The notes below the pieces were generated by a model that had not been told where the DNA came from, did no database searches, and worked only from the letters and a program-made list of their open reading frames with translations. Shown in pieces: positions 29,793 to 39,759 of a stretch of DNA of 64,000 nucleotides. The position numbers and the translations under genes are program-made. Within the stretch, counting starts at the first letter, position 1. Every line of letters begins with the position of its first letter. This DNA is from Vulcanimicrobiota bacterium (GTDB lineage: Bacteria; Vulcanimicrobiota; Xenobia; Xenobiales; Xenobiaceae), in NCBI GenBank assembly GCA_944322965.1, contig CALUQR010000004.1:33141-97140 (forward strand), given 5' to 3'.

Positions 29793-32789
29793 ATGTCTGA
29801 CAGAATGACCCCCCTGCCCTTCGCCAAATTGATGGGCCAGATCCTCAATGAGTACGCCCAGCGGGGCACGGTCTTTGGGATCGACCACCCCTTCTGCCCC
29901 CAGGAGAAGAGGTTAGAGTTTTATGGGGAGTATTTGGAGACCCCCTTCGGCCCCGCCGCCGGCCCCCACACCCAGTTGAGCCAGAATATCGTGGCCGCTT
30001 ACTTCGCCGGTTGCCGCTTCTTCGAGCTCAAGACGGTCCAGACCTTAGACGGTGAGGATCTGCCCGTAGCTAAGCCCTGCATCGCCGCCCAAGACGAGTG
30101 CTATAACGTGGAGTGGTCCACCGAGTTGCGAGTCCAAGAGGCCTTTGAAGAGTACGTCAAGGCCTGGTGGGCCCTCAAGTTGCTGAGCGTCCAATTTGGC
30201 TGGGGCGATCCTAACGGATTCGTCTTCAATATGAGCGTCGGTTACGATTACCATGGGATCTCCTCCCCCAAGATCGACGCCTTTATCGAAGGTTTAAAAG
30301 ACGCCTCCCAGACCCCCATCTGGAAAGAGTGCCAAAACTGGGCCTTAGATAACCTGGAGACCCTCTCCAACTTAGATGGCGAATACGTGCGCCACATTAA
30401 CCCCCGCGTCTGCAACTCTATCACCCTCTCCACCTTACACGGCTGCCCGCCCCAGGAGATCGAGCGCATCGCCAGCTACCTGCTGGAGAGTAAAAAGCTC
30501 AATACCTTCGTCAAGTGCAACCCCACCCTCTTAGGTTACGAGTTCGCCCGCCAGACCTTAGATCGTATGGGTTACGATTATATCCAGTTTGACGACCACC
30601 ACTTTAAAGCCGATCTGCAATGGGCCCAGGCGGTACCCATGTTCCAGCGCCTGCTCAGCTTAGCTCAGGCTCAGGGTCTCAACTTCGGCCTCAAATTGAC
30701 CAATACGTTCCCCGTAGATATCGCCCACCAAGAGCTGCCCGGCTCGGAGATGTATATGAGCGGCCGCTCCCTCTACCCCTTGACGACGGAGCTGGCCCGG
30801 CGCATCAGCCAGACCTTTGACGGCGAGTTGCGCATTTCGTACTCGGGCGGAGCCGACGCCTTCAATATCGCCCCCCTCTTTGCGGCTAATATTTGGCCCA
30901 TCACTCTGGCTACGACCCTCTTAAAGCCGGGCGGCTACCAGCGCTGCACCCAGATCGCCGAGACCTTAGTGCAGATGGATTACCAGCCCTTCAGCGGCGT
31001 CAAGGTAGGTTTAGTAGAGGAGCTGGCCCACAACGCCCGCACCGACCTGCGCAACCAAAAGCCCCTCAAGCCCACCCCCCAGCGCAAGATGGAGAAGGCC
31101 ATCCCCCGCTTCAACTGCTTTACCGCCCCCTGCAGCCACGGCTGTCCCATCAACCAAGATATTCCTGAATACGTCCATCTAGTGGGCTTAGGGCGCTACG
31201 CCGAGGCCCTGCGCCTCATTATGGCCCGCAACCCGCTGCCCTTCACTACGGGTACCATCTGCCCCCACAACTGCCAGACGAAATGTACTCGCAACTTCTA
31301 TGAGGATGCGGTCCACATCCGCCAGAGCAAGTTGTTGGCGGCCACTAAGGCCTATGAGACCATCTTGGAGGAGGTACGCCAGCGCCAGCAGAGCTTAAAA
31401 CCGGATCCTAAGGCCCCGCGGGTAGCCGTCGTAGGCGGCGGCCCGGCCGGTATGGCGGCGGCCTACTTCTTGGCCCGCCAGAACTGCCAGGTAGAGCTCT
31501 GGGAGAAGAGTTCCCGCCTGGGCGGCATCGTGCGCTGGGTGATCCCCGAGTTCCGCATTCCTAGCGCCAATTTAGATCGCGACGTAGCCCTCTTAGAGGC
31601 CAGCGGTTGCCAGATCAAATTGGATAGCCCCGCCCCTTCCCTGGCCGAGTTGCGCGCTTTAGGTTATACCCACATCGTCTACGCCATAGGCGCCACCCGT
31701 CCGGGCCAGCTCCACTTAGAGCAGGGCCAGGCCCAGAACGTCTTAGAGTTCTTAGCCCAGGCTAAGGCCGGTCAAGCGACTAATTACGGTCCCCAGGTGA
31801 TCGTGGTAGGCGGCGGCAATACGGCTATGGACGCCGCTCGGGCCGCCAAACGCTTAGCGGGCGTCGAGAAGGTGACCGTCCTCTACCGGCGCACGCGGCG
31901 CAATATGCCCGCCGATGAGGAAGAGTTAGAGCTGGCCCTCCAGGAAGGGGTGGAGTTTGCCGAGCTGCTCAGTCCCTTAAGCTGGAGCGAGGGCCAACTC
32001 CTCTGCCAAAAGATGGTCTTGGGCGCCCCCGACGCCTCCGGTCGCCAGCGCCCCGAGCCCACCGAAGAGCGGGTAACTTTGGCCTGCGACCAACTGATCG
32101 CCGCCGTAGGCGAGAAGGTAGATAGCGCTTACTTCCAAGCCCAAGGCTTAGAGTTAAACGCCCAAGGTTACGCCGCCCTGGACCAGAACTTAGAGAGTCT
32201 GAGCCAAGAGAAGGTCTTTGTCATTGGCGACGCTCAAAGCGGTCCGGCGACGGTAGTCGAGGGGATCGCCGACGCCCTGAAGGTAGCCCAAGCTATCGTC
32301 GGCCCTTACGCCTATACAATCCCCACCGCCGCCTACAGCTCGGCGGCCGAAGTTAGCGCCAAGCGCGGCCTCCTGCAGTACTACTTCCAGGCGGCCAAAG
32401 AGAAGGAGCGCTGCTTGAGCTGCCAGACGGTCTGCGAGAACTGCCTCCAGTCCTGTCCCAACCGAGCTTACATGTCTATCCCCGTGGAGGGTATCGCCCA
32501 GCCGGTGCTCATCCACTTCGACCAGATGTGCAACTATTGCGGCAACTGCACCGTCTTCTGTCCTTACGAGGGCGATCCTTACCGCTCTAAGTTGAGCTTA
32601 TTCGCCACCTTAGAGGAGTTCCAAGGGAGCGATCTGCCGGGCTTCTATCGCCTGAGCCCCCGCCAGTACTGGATTAGGCTGGGCGGCCCCGGCAGCGAGC
32701 GCCAGCTGGACTTAGATAAGGGCCAGTGCTGTCCCGACTGTCACAAGCTCTTGGAGACCTTAGAAGCTAAGTATACCTGGATCTTCTAA
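29793..32789 (+). CDS. ygfK: Fe-S flavoprotein oxidoreductase YgfK
   Basis: GPAAGPHTQL, ELKTVQ, YNVEWSTEL, GGGPAG, GGGNTAMD motifs and C-terminal ferredoxin Cys clusters. Confidence 0.92.
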   Translation: MSDRMTPLPFAKLMGQILNEYAQRGTVFGIDHPFCPQEKRLEFYGEYLETPFGPAAGPHTQLSQNIVAAYFAGCRFFELKTVQTLDGEDLPVAKPCIAAQDECYNVEWSTELRVQEAFEEYVKAWWALKLLSVQFGWGDPNGFVFNMSVGYDYHGISSPKIDAFIEGLKDASQTPIWKECQNWALDNLETLSNLDGEYVRHINPRVCNSITLSTLHGCPPQEIERIASYLLESKKLNTFVKCNPTLLGYEFARQTLDRMGYDYIQFDDHHFKADLQWAQAVPMFQRLLSLAQAQGLNFGLKLTNTFPVDIAHQELPGSEMYMSGRSLYPLTTELARRISQTFDGELRISYSGGADAFNIAPLFAANIWPITLATTLLKPGGYQRCTQIAETLVQMDYQPFSGVKVGLVEELAHNARTDLRNQKPLKPTPQRKMEKAIPRFNCFTAPCSHGCPINQDIPEYVHLVGLGRYAEALRLIMARNPLPFTTGTICPHNCQTKCTRNFYEDAVHIRQSKLLAATKAYETILEEVRQRQQSLKPDPKAPRVAVVGGGPAGMAAAYFLARQNCQVELWEKSSRLGGIVRWVIPEFRIPSANLDRDVALLEASGCQIKLDSPAPSLAELRALGYTHIVYAIGATRPGQLHLEQGQAQNVLEFLAQAKAGQATNYGPQVIVVGGGNTAMDAARAAKRLAGVEKVTVLYRRTRRNMPADEEELELALQEGVEFAELLSPLSWSEGQLLCQKMVLGAPDASGRQRPEPTEERVTLACDQLIAAVGEKVDSAYFQAQGLELNAQGYAALDQNLESLSQEKVFVIGDAQSGPATVVEGIADALKVAQAIVGPYAYTIPTAAYSSAAEVSAKRGLLQYYFQAAKEKERCLSCQTVCENCLQSCPNRAYMSIPVEGIAQPVLIHFDQMCNYCGNCTVFCPYEGDPYRSKLSLFATLEEFQGSDLPGFYRLSPRQYWIRLGGPGSERQLDLDKGQCCPDCHKLLETLEAKYTWIF

Positions 32790-32879
32790 CTCCCCAGGGC
32801 CCCACTTACAGGTTATAATGGAGACCTAGGTGGGGCCCATCCTATTTCCCATCGGGGCTTCACAGAGAGGGGCTTTACT

Positions 32880-33917
32880 ATGTCGCAACTTACCCAAGAG
32901 CCAACCAGCGCTTACCTCTGGCAGCGCCCCGCCAGCGGAGATAAGCTAACCTGTACCCTCTGCCCGCGCCAATGTACCTTGGCCCCCGGCCAGCGCGGCT
33001 TTTGCTTTATTCGGGCCCGCGAGGGGGAGAAGATCGTCAATACCTCCTACGGTATAGCCTCCGGGGTAGCGATCGATCCCATTGAGAAGAAGCCCCTCTA
33101 CCACTTCCTGCCGGGCAGCCCCATCCTCTCCTTAGGTACGCTGGGCTGCAATATGGGCTGCCTCTTCTGCCAAAACTCCCACTTGAGTAAGAACCGCGCC
33201 CCCCAAGAACTGGGGGTCCCCCTCCCCCCGCGCCAGGTAGTAGCCCTAGCCCAGCGTTACGCCTGCCCCAGTATCGCCTATACTTATAATGATCCCGTCA
33301 TCTGGGCCGACTACGCCTTAGATTGCGCCCATTTAGCCCGAGAAGCCGGGATCTACTCGGTGGCGGTTAGCGCGGGTTTTATTAATCCCCAACCCCGGGC
33401 CCAGCTTTTTGGGGCCATGCGCGGGGCCAATATCGATCTTAAATCTTTTAATCCCGCCTTCTATAAGCGCTACTGCCAAGCCGATTTAGAGGTAGTCTTA
33501 GAGACTCTGCGCTATATCCGCCGCCAAACCTCTTGCTGGTTAGAGGTGACGACCTTAATTATCCCCACCCTCAACGATTCCCCGGAGGAGATTAAGGCCT
33601 TAACCCGCTGGATTAGGGACGAGCTGGGGGCGCATACCCCCCTCCACTTGAGCGCCTTCCATCCGGCCTACAAATTAAAAGACCTCCCTCCCACCCCAGC
33701 CCAGACGCTCATTAGCGCCCGCCAGCTGGCTTTAGAAGAAGGTCTCCATTATGTCTATACGGGCAATATCCACGACCCCGGCGGCCAGACTACCTTCTGC
33801 GCTAAGTGCGGTCAGGCCTTAATCGAGCGCTCCTTAGGCGGCATCTCGCTCCCGGGCTTAAAGGGAGAGGGGATCTGCTCCCAGTGCGCTACCCCTCTGC
33901 CCGGGGTCTGGAGTTAA
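32880..33917 (+). CDS. amrS: AmmeMemoRadiSam system radical SAM enzyme
   Basis: CTLCPRQC, DPIEKKPLYHF, GCNMGCLFCQN, YVYTGNI. Confidence 0.9.
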   Translation: MSQLTQEPTSAYLWQRPASGDKLTCTLCPRQCTLAPGQRGFCFIRAREGEKIVNTSYGIASGVAIDPIEKKPLYHFLPGSPILSLGTLGCNMGCLFCQNSHLSKNRAPQELGVPLPPRQVVALAQRYACPSIAYTYNDPVIWADYALDCAHLAREAGIYSVAVSAGFINPQPRAQLFGAMRGANIDLKSFNPAFYKRYCQADLEVVLETLRYIRRQTSCWLEVTTLIIPTLNDSPEEIKALTRWIRDELGAHTPLHLSAFHPAYKLKDLPPTPAQTLISARQLALEEGLHYVYTGNIHDPGGQTTFCAKCGQALIERSLGGISLPGLKGEGICSQCATPLPGVWS

Positions 33918-34448
33918 TTAGCGGTTCTGTAAGGTCCCCATCATATCGGTGACCGATTCGAATAGGCCCAACTTCCAGCCGCCCTCATTAAAGAATTTGA
34001 GGGCCTCGCTGGGGTTGTCGCGCTCGTAGATAGTCGCCTCTTGGCCGCCGGGAGCGATGGAGATAGCCGGATTATCGTACTCCAAGTCGCCCGTCAGCTG
34101 GGCCATATGCTTCCAGAGATCCTTAGCTAAGGGGCTGTCGGGGCGCTGCAACTCGGCGGTCAGGCTCTCCCTATTCTGCTCCGCTTCGGCGGCGGTAATA
34201 CTCCCCTGGGCCATGGCCTGGGTCAGTAAGAGCTGGGTCAAGATCTCGTAACTGCGCTTACTGAGATAGAGCCCCGCCTGGGGAGAGCCTTGGGAGCCGT
34301 ACTGCTTAAACTTTTGCAAAGCCTCCCAGACCTTAGCTTCCGGACCGGTAAAGTTCTGGGCCTGGGCGCTACCCGTCCCTAAGAAACAGAATCCCAAGAG
34401 TAAGAGCCAGACTAAGCTCGCTCCCTTAACGAATCTCCCTATTCCCAT
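33918..34448 (-). CDS. Exported NTF2-like paralog 5
   Basis: Signal peptide (AQA); C-terminal 'NEGGWKLG'. Confidence 0.7.
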   Translation of the reverse strand: MGIGRFVKGASLVWLLLLGFCFLGTGSAQAQNFTGPEAKVWEALQKFKQYGSQGSPQAGLYLSKRSYEILTQLLLTQAMAQGSITAAEAEQNRESLTAELQRPDSPLAKDLWKHMAQLTGDLEYDNPAISIAPGGQEATIYERDNPSEALKFFNEGGWKLGLFESVTDMMGTLQNR

Positions 34449-34968
34449 GGCGTCTCTCTCCAATCTCCTCTTCTAAGTTGAGGATCTCGTCTACCTTCCA
34501 GATCCCCTCTACCTGGCGCAAGTAGTAAGTGCGCGGACCAAAATCGCTCTCAATAATTAAGGTCGCAACCCCCTGCTGAATGTCGCAGAGGATATCCCCC
34601 TCGTAGAGGGGGGCGATGACCTTGCCGTAACTATGCCAGAAGCGAATTACGAACTGATTCGAGTCGCGGCCCAAATCCTTAAACATCGAAGCTTCCGCCG
34701 TGGCCCGATGGCGCTCCTCTAAGAGCCCGTCTTCCACCATCGTCTGCACCAAAATATTGGCCATCGTCTGCTGGGCGTGTTCGGTCATATAGAAACAAGC
34801 TCTAGTGGAGCCCAGGCGGCTGCGGTCGTAGAATTTCTTCCAGTCGGAGATAACTTTCTTGCGATCGTAGAGTGGCGCTACCGGATCGCGCGGGCTAGCT
34901 ACCAGTTGGGCGCCGGCGGCCCCCAATAATAAGAGAGTGGCGATCGCTAAAATCCATAGTCTGCGCAT
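34426..34968 (-). CDS. Exported NTF2-like paralog 4
   Basis: Signal peptide; 'QVEGIWKVD'. Confidence 0.7.
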   Translation of the reverse strand: MRRLWILAIATLLLLGAAGAQLVASPRDPVAPLYDRKKVISDWKKFYDRSRLGSTRACFYMTEHAQQTMANILVQTMVEDGLLEERHRATAEASMFKDLGRDSNQFVIRFWHSYGKVIAPLYEGDILCDIQQGVATLIIESDFGPRTYYLRQVEGIWKVDEILNLEEEIGERRHGNREIR

Positions 34969-35008
34969 TTATGGCTCCTCCTCGCGCTCTATAATCCTCA
35001 CTAAAATT

Positions 35009-35506
35009 CTAAGGACCTTGGAGATATTCCATCATGCCCACCTTCCAGCCCTGCCCTTCGCGCAACATTTCTATTTGGGCGGGTTGGCCGTTGCGCTGGA
35101 AATGGATCAAAGCCCGCTCCCCCTCGATCTCGATCCGGGGCTTATCTAATTGGAACTCCTTAAAGGCGGGCGAGAGGGCGCCCCAAAGTTCTAGGGCGAA
35201 TTGGCTCTGGTAGTCGCTCAACCACTCGCCTATCTGGGCCTCTACCCGGCCCCGGTCTTGGGGCTTAATGAAGCCTTGGGCTAACATCAAAGAGGCGCTA
35301 TCGCGGATAATTACCCCCCGACTATAGCGGGTAATAAAGGCCTCCGCTCGGGGCTGACCGTTAGCGGCTAGATCGTGGAATTGGCGGAAGGTCAGCCACA
35401 CCTCCCGCTGGACCTCCTCTTGGGCGGAGAGGGCCCCGCTACTAAAAAGTAAGAGGCAGATTACCCCTAGATAGAGCCCCATTCGGCGCTTTAAGTTAGC
35501 CATCAC
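35009..35506 (-). CDS. Exported NTF2-like paralog 3
   Basis: Signal peptide; 'REGQGWKVG'. Confidence 0.7.
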   Translation of the reverse strand: MMANLKRRMGLYLGVICLLLFSSGALSAQEEVQREVWLTFRQFHDLAANGQPRAEAFITRYSRGVIIRDSASLMLAQGFIKPQDRGRVEAQIGEWLSDYQSQFALELWGALSPAFKEFQLDKPRIEIEGERALIHFQRNGQPAQIEMLREGQGWKVGMMEYLQGP

Positions 35507-35527
35507 TCTCGCCTCCCTGCCCTATCT

Positions 35528-36199
35528 TTAGCGATACTTACCGCTCAATTCGCCCTTTTTAGAGCTCTCGCGGGCCTCTTCCAAGGTTTCGATGAGGCCT
35601 ACCTTCCACTCTCGACCCTCGCGAATCATCAGCTTGCCGCTCCATTCCTCTTTATTCTCAGAGGAAGAGAAGAGGCGCATAAGGCTCTTGCGGCGACGGT
35701 ATCTCTTCTTCTTTTTTTCTTTAGAGCGCAAGATCCAGACCTCGGCTACCTTGGGGGCCATGCCCTCTACTTCCGGAGGCCTAATCTCTACGCGCGCCTC
35801 GTCGGGACGCCAGGAGGCGAGATCGGAGAAGAACGTCTGATAGGCCTGGTTCCAGAAGAGCCGCCCCCACTCGCTTTGGCTATCGCTAAAATCGCGATTC
35901 AACTCGTCCTGCAATTGACGGAGATCGTCTACATCGAAACGATTCTTCATCGAGCTATCTTCTTCCAGTAACTTCTCGACCATAGTAGTGGAGAGCTTCT
36001 TGACGATCTCGCGCCTACTGTAATCGCTCAACATCTCCCAGGCCTTACCGTCGCGCCGCTCTAAGGCCTCGTAGAACCCCTTATAGGCGGCTAAGACCTT
36101 CTCTTCTTCGAGGCTCAATTTATCGTCGTCCCAGAGCCCGCAGCCCAAGCTCCCCGCCAGTAAGATTAGGACTAGCAATAGTCGCCAGACTCGCGCCAT
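35528..36199 (-). CDS. NTF2-like paralog 2 (lipoprotein)
   Basis: SLG-C lipobox; 'REGREWKVG'; polybasic insert. Confidence 0.7.
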   Translation of the reverse strand: MARVWRLLLVLILLAGSLGCGLWDDDKLSLEEEKVLAAYKGFYEALERRDGKAWEMLSDYSRREIVKKLSTTMVEKLLEEDSSMKNRFDVDDLRQLQDELNRDFSDSQSEWGRLFWNQAYQTFFSDLASWRPDEARVEIRPPEVEGMAPKVAEVWILRSKEKKKKRYRRRKSLMRLFSSSENKEEWSGKLMIREGREWKVGLIETLEEARESSKKGELSGKYR

Positions 36200-36292
36200 A
36201 ACCTCGCCTCCCAGTCTGGAGCGGAGCCTACTAAATAACGGCCCTCGCCCAACTTATGGGCTCAGTGTAGCCTATCTAAGCCAATTTTTAAA

Positions 36293-36937
36293 CTAGGGCT
36301 GAGGACGGGGCTCCGACTTAATAATGTCTATTTTCCAGATCCCCTCTTCCCTCTGTAAGTAGAACTGGCGTCCGGCTACTCCCACTACTAAATGATCCTT
36401 CGTAGAGCTCTCCGGCACCCCGCTCAAGTCGGGTAAACGGTGGGGGAATTTAAATGAGATGTTGATATAGGCCCGCCAGAAACTCTGGGCCACTTGACTA
36501 TCGTTCTTCTCAAAGAGGGAGCGGATAGTAGCCTCTACTAACTTGCGGTTGACCTTGGCCTCCGGATGGCTCTGGAGCCAGGTGTCCACCATAGTATCTA
36601 CGATCTCCTTCTGGTTAGCGAAGGTGATCAAGTTCCACAATTCGCCCGAATAATCTTGGGTCAGGGCCATAAATTTACCAATCGCCCCCCGCGGGGTGTT
36701 GGGGAAGACGTGGGGGTCCAAGACCTCTACTAAGCGGAAGTAGGGGCGCAAAAAGGATTGGTCGGGGGTAGGATTTACGATGGGAGCGTTGACCCCGCTG
36801 GGCGTATAAAATTGGACCTCAAAGCGCGTAGCCCAGGAGGTAGGGGTAGCTGGCTCCTCCGCCGGGGCGGCCTGCGCTCCCAAGGCTCCCAACCATAAGT
36901 AACAACCTAAGCTTCCTACTAATATCCATCTCTCCAT
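36293..36937 (-). CDS. Exported NTF2-like paralog 1
   Basis: ATG 36937 after AAGGAG; signal peptide (AQA); 'REEGIWKID'. Confidence 0.7.
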   Translation of the reverse strand: MERWILVGSLGCYLWLGALGAQAAPAEEPATPTSWATRFEVQFYTPSGVNAPIVNPTPDQSFLRPYFRLVEVLDPHVFPNTPRGAIGKFMALTQDYSGELWNLITFANQKEIVDTMVDTWLQSHPEAKVNRKLVEATIRSLFEKNDSQVAQSFWRAYINISFKFPHRLPDLSGVPESSTKDHLVVGVAGRQFYLQREEGIWKIDIIKSEPRPQP

Positions 36938-36957
36938 TACTAAAGGCTCCTTAGCTC

Positions 36958-39759
36958 CTAATCTAACCCCAAATAGCGACCCGTCCAGGAGGCGGGATGG
37001 CGGGCCAGATCTTCCGGAGTACCGCAAGCTACAATCTCGCCCCCCCGCTCTCCCCCTTCCGGCCCCAAATCGATGAGCCAATCGCAGCCGCGAATGACTT
37101 CTAAATTGTGCTCAATAATGACCATCGAACTGCCCGCCTCCACTAAGCGCTGTAAGACGGCCATCAGACGAGAGACATCCTCAAAGTGGAGGCCCGTGGT
37201 AGGCTCGTCTAAGATATAGAGCGTGCGCCCCACCGTCCGTTTCGCCAATTCCGTAGCTAATTTGACCCGCTGGGCCTCGCCCCCCGATAAGGTCGTAGCC
37301 GCCTGCCCCAGACGCAAGTAGCCCAAGCCCACATCGTAGAGGGTCTGCAGGCGGCTCTTGATCTTGGGATGGTGCAGGAAGAAATCTAAGGCCTCCTCTA
37401 CGGTCATCTCCAAGATCTGGGCCACGTTGCGCCCCTTAAAGCGGACCTCCAAAGTCTCGCGATTGTAGCGCTGGCCGTGACAGACCTCGCAAGGTACGAA
37501 GACGTCGGGTAAAAAGTTCATCTCGATCTTTAAGATCCCTTGCCCCTGGCAGGCCTCGCAGCGCCCGCCCTTGACGTTAAAGGAGAAGCGCCCCGGAGCG
37601 TAACCGCGCATCTTGGCCTCGGGAGTAGCCGCCAAGAGGGAACGGATGGCGTCGAAAGCCCCGGTGTAGGTGACGGGATTAGAGCGCGGGGTGCGCCCGA
37701 TGGGACTCTGGTCGATAACGATCAACTTATCGATATTCTCTAAACCCTCTATCCGCTGGCAGCGGCCGGGATTTTCGACTTGCAACCCTAAATGCTGGGC
37801 CAAATTCTTGTATAAGACTTCATTGACTAAAGTGCTCTTGCCCGAGCCGGAGACCCCGGTTACCCCCACCATCATCCCTAAGGGGATGTGGACCTCTAAA
37901 TCTTTGAGATTATTCTGGGCGCAACCGTAGAGGACCAACTCCTGACCGTTGCCCGGCCGCCGCTTTAAGGGGCGCTCTACCCGCTTGCGACCGCTCAAAT
38001 AAGCCCCCGTCAGCGACTGGGGGGCGGCCATAATGTCGGCTAAGCTCCCCTGAGCCACCACCCGGCCCCCGTGGATACCCGCCCCCGGCCCAATATCGAC
38101 GATATGGTCGGCCGCCCGAATCGTCTCCTCGTCGTGCTCCACCACGATTAAGGTATTACCCAAATCGCGCAGAGAGCGCAAAGTCTCTAAGAGACGCTCA
38201 TTATCCCGCTGGTGGAGGCCTATAGAGGGCTCGTCTAAGACGTAGAGGACCCCCACTAGCCCCGAACCGATCTGGGTGGCTAAACGGATGCGCTGGGCCT
38301 CGCCCCCCGAGAGGGTGGCCGCCTGACGCCCTAAACTCAGATAATCTAAGCCCACATTATTGAGGAAATGGACCCTACCGCGCAACTCGCGCAAGATGAG
38401 ATTAGCGATAGCCTCCTCCCGGGCGGGCAACTCCAAACCCTCGAGCCACTCCTGGACCTTATGTAAAGAGTAATTGCAAAGCGCCGGCAAGGTCGTGCCC
38501 CCTACCTCCACCGCCCGGGCCTCGGCCTTTAAGCGGCTCCCCCCGCAGGCGCTACAGGGCTCCGTCACCCTATAGCGGCCCAACTCCTCTAAAGCCCAAT
38601 CGGAGTCGCTCTCCTGGTAGCGCTTATCTAAGATGGGCAGAGCCCCGGCAAAGGGAGGCAAGTAGGGGGAGTCTTTACTCCCATATAAGACTAAATCGCG
38701 CTGCGCCGGGGGCAGATCGCGCCAGGGGGTATCTAAGTTAACGTAACCCGCCTCCGCCAGGCGCTCCAACTGGCTCCAAAACCAGGTCTCGCGCATATGG
38801 TAGCGCAAGGAGTGGATGGGCTTACCCCAGGGAGCCAACGCCCCCTCCCGCAAGCTGAGACTGGGGTCGGGAACGACCAATTGCAGGTCCAACTTAGAGA
38901 TAAAGCCTAACCCGGCGCACTCGGGACAGGCGCCGAAGGGGGAGTTAAAGGAGAAGAGGCGCGGCTCTAAAGCGGCAAAGGAGAGGCCGCAGGGAGGGCA
39001 GGCTAAATTTTGGCTATAGAGCTGTTCTCCGCCCGCCAAGTTTTCTAAGATCACTACCCCCTGCCCCAATTGCAAGGCCAACTCTACCGACTCGGCGATG
39101 CGATGGCGGGCGGAGGGTTTGACGCTCACCCTATCGACTACGATCTCAATATTGTGCTGCACGTAGCGTTCTAATTGGGGCAGTTCCTCCTCTTCTAAGC
39201 GGATCAACTCCCCGTCCACCCGCACTCGGCTGTAGCCTTGGTCTAAAGTCTCGCGCAAGAGTTTATGGAACTGACCCTTGCGCCCGCGCACTAAGGGGGC
39301 CAAGATGTTGAAGCGCGTACCCTCGGGGTGGGCCATAATGGCCTCGACAATCTGGTCTAAACTCTGGGGAGCGATCTCCCGCCCGCACTGGGGGCAGTGG
39401 GGATGGCCCACCCGGGCGTAGAGGAGGCGCAAGTAGTCGTAGATCTCGGTCACCGTCCCCACCGTAGAGCGGGGGTTAGTGGAGGTTCCCTTCTGGTCGA
39501 TAGAGACCGCAGGAGAGAGGCCCTCTACGCTATCGACGTCCGGTTTATCTAAGCGCCCTAAAAATTGGCGCGCGTAGGCGGAGAGGGACTCCATATAGCG
39601 CCGCCGCCCCTCGGCGTAGATCGTATCAAAGACTAAAGAGGACTTGCCCGAACCGGAAAGGCCGGTCACGACCGTCAACTTATGGCGGGGCAAGACTAAA
39701 TCTATATTGCGCAGATTATTTTCGCGCGCCCCTTTGATGATTATCTCTTCTAAGGCCAT
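36958..39759 (-). CDS. uvrA: Excinuclease ABC subunit A
   Basis: Two Walker A motifs ([16 protein letters not shown]), LSGGEAQR x2, zinc fingers. Confidence 0.98.
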   Translation of the reverse strand: MALEEIIIKGARENNLRNIDLVLPRHKLTVVTGLSGSGKSSLVFDTIYAEGRRRYMESLSAYARQFLGRLDKPDVDSVEGLSPAVSIDQKGTSTNPRSTVGTVTEIYDYLRLLYARVGHPHCPQCGREIAPQSLDQIVEAIMAHPEGTRFNILAPLVRGRKGQFHKLLRETLDQGYSRVRVDGELIRLEEEELPQLERYVQHNIEIVVDRVSVKPSARHRIAESVELALQLGQGVVILENLAGGEQLYSQNLACPPCGLSFAALEPRLFSFNSPFGACPECAGLGFISKLDLQLVVPDPSLSLREGALAPWGKPIHSLRYHMRETWFWSQLERLAEAGYVNLDTPWRDLPPAQRDLVLYGSKDSPYLPPFAGALPILDKRYQESDSDWALEELGRYRVTEPCSACGGSRLKAEARAVEVGGTTLPALCNYSLHKVQEWLEGLELPAREEAIANLILRELRGRVHFLNNVGLDYLSLGRQAATLSGGEAQRIRLATQIGSGLVGVLYVLDEPSIGLHQRDNERLLETLRSLRDLGNTLIVVEHDEETIRAADHIVDIGPGAGIHGGRVVAQGSLADIMAAPQSLTGAYLSGRKRVERPLKRRPGNGQELVLYGCAQNNLKDLEVHIPLGMMVGVTGVSGSGKSTLVNEVLYKNLAQHLGLQVENPGRCQRIEGLENIDKLIVIDQSPIGRTPRSNPVTYTGAFDAIRSLLAATPEAKMRGYAPGRFSFNVKGGRCEACQGQGILKIEMNFLPDVFVPCEVCHGQRYNRETLEVRFKGRNVAQILEMTVEEALDFFLHHPKIKSRLQTLYDVGLGYLRLGQAATTLSGGEAQRVKLATELAKRTVGRTLYILDEPTTGLHFEDVSRLMAVLQRLVEAGSSMVIIEHNLEVIRGCDWLIDLGPEGGERGGEIVACGTPEDLARHPASWTGRYLGLD

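Noticed and set aside
28422-32789. Selenocysteine read-through in ssnA, ygfK or the YedF-like gene
   Set aside because: Frames are complete without an internal TGA.
36938-37081. Extended start of the 36293 ORF
   Set aside because: It overlaps uvrA; ATG 36937 has AAGGAG and begins a signal peptide.
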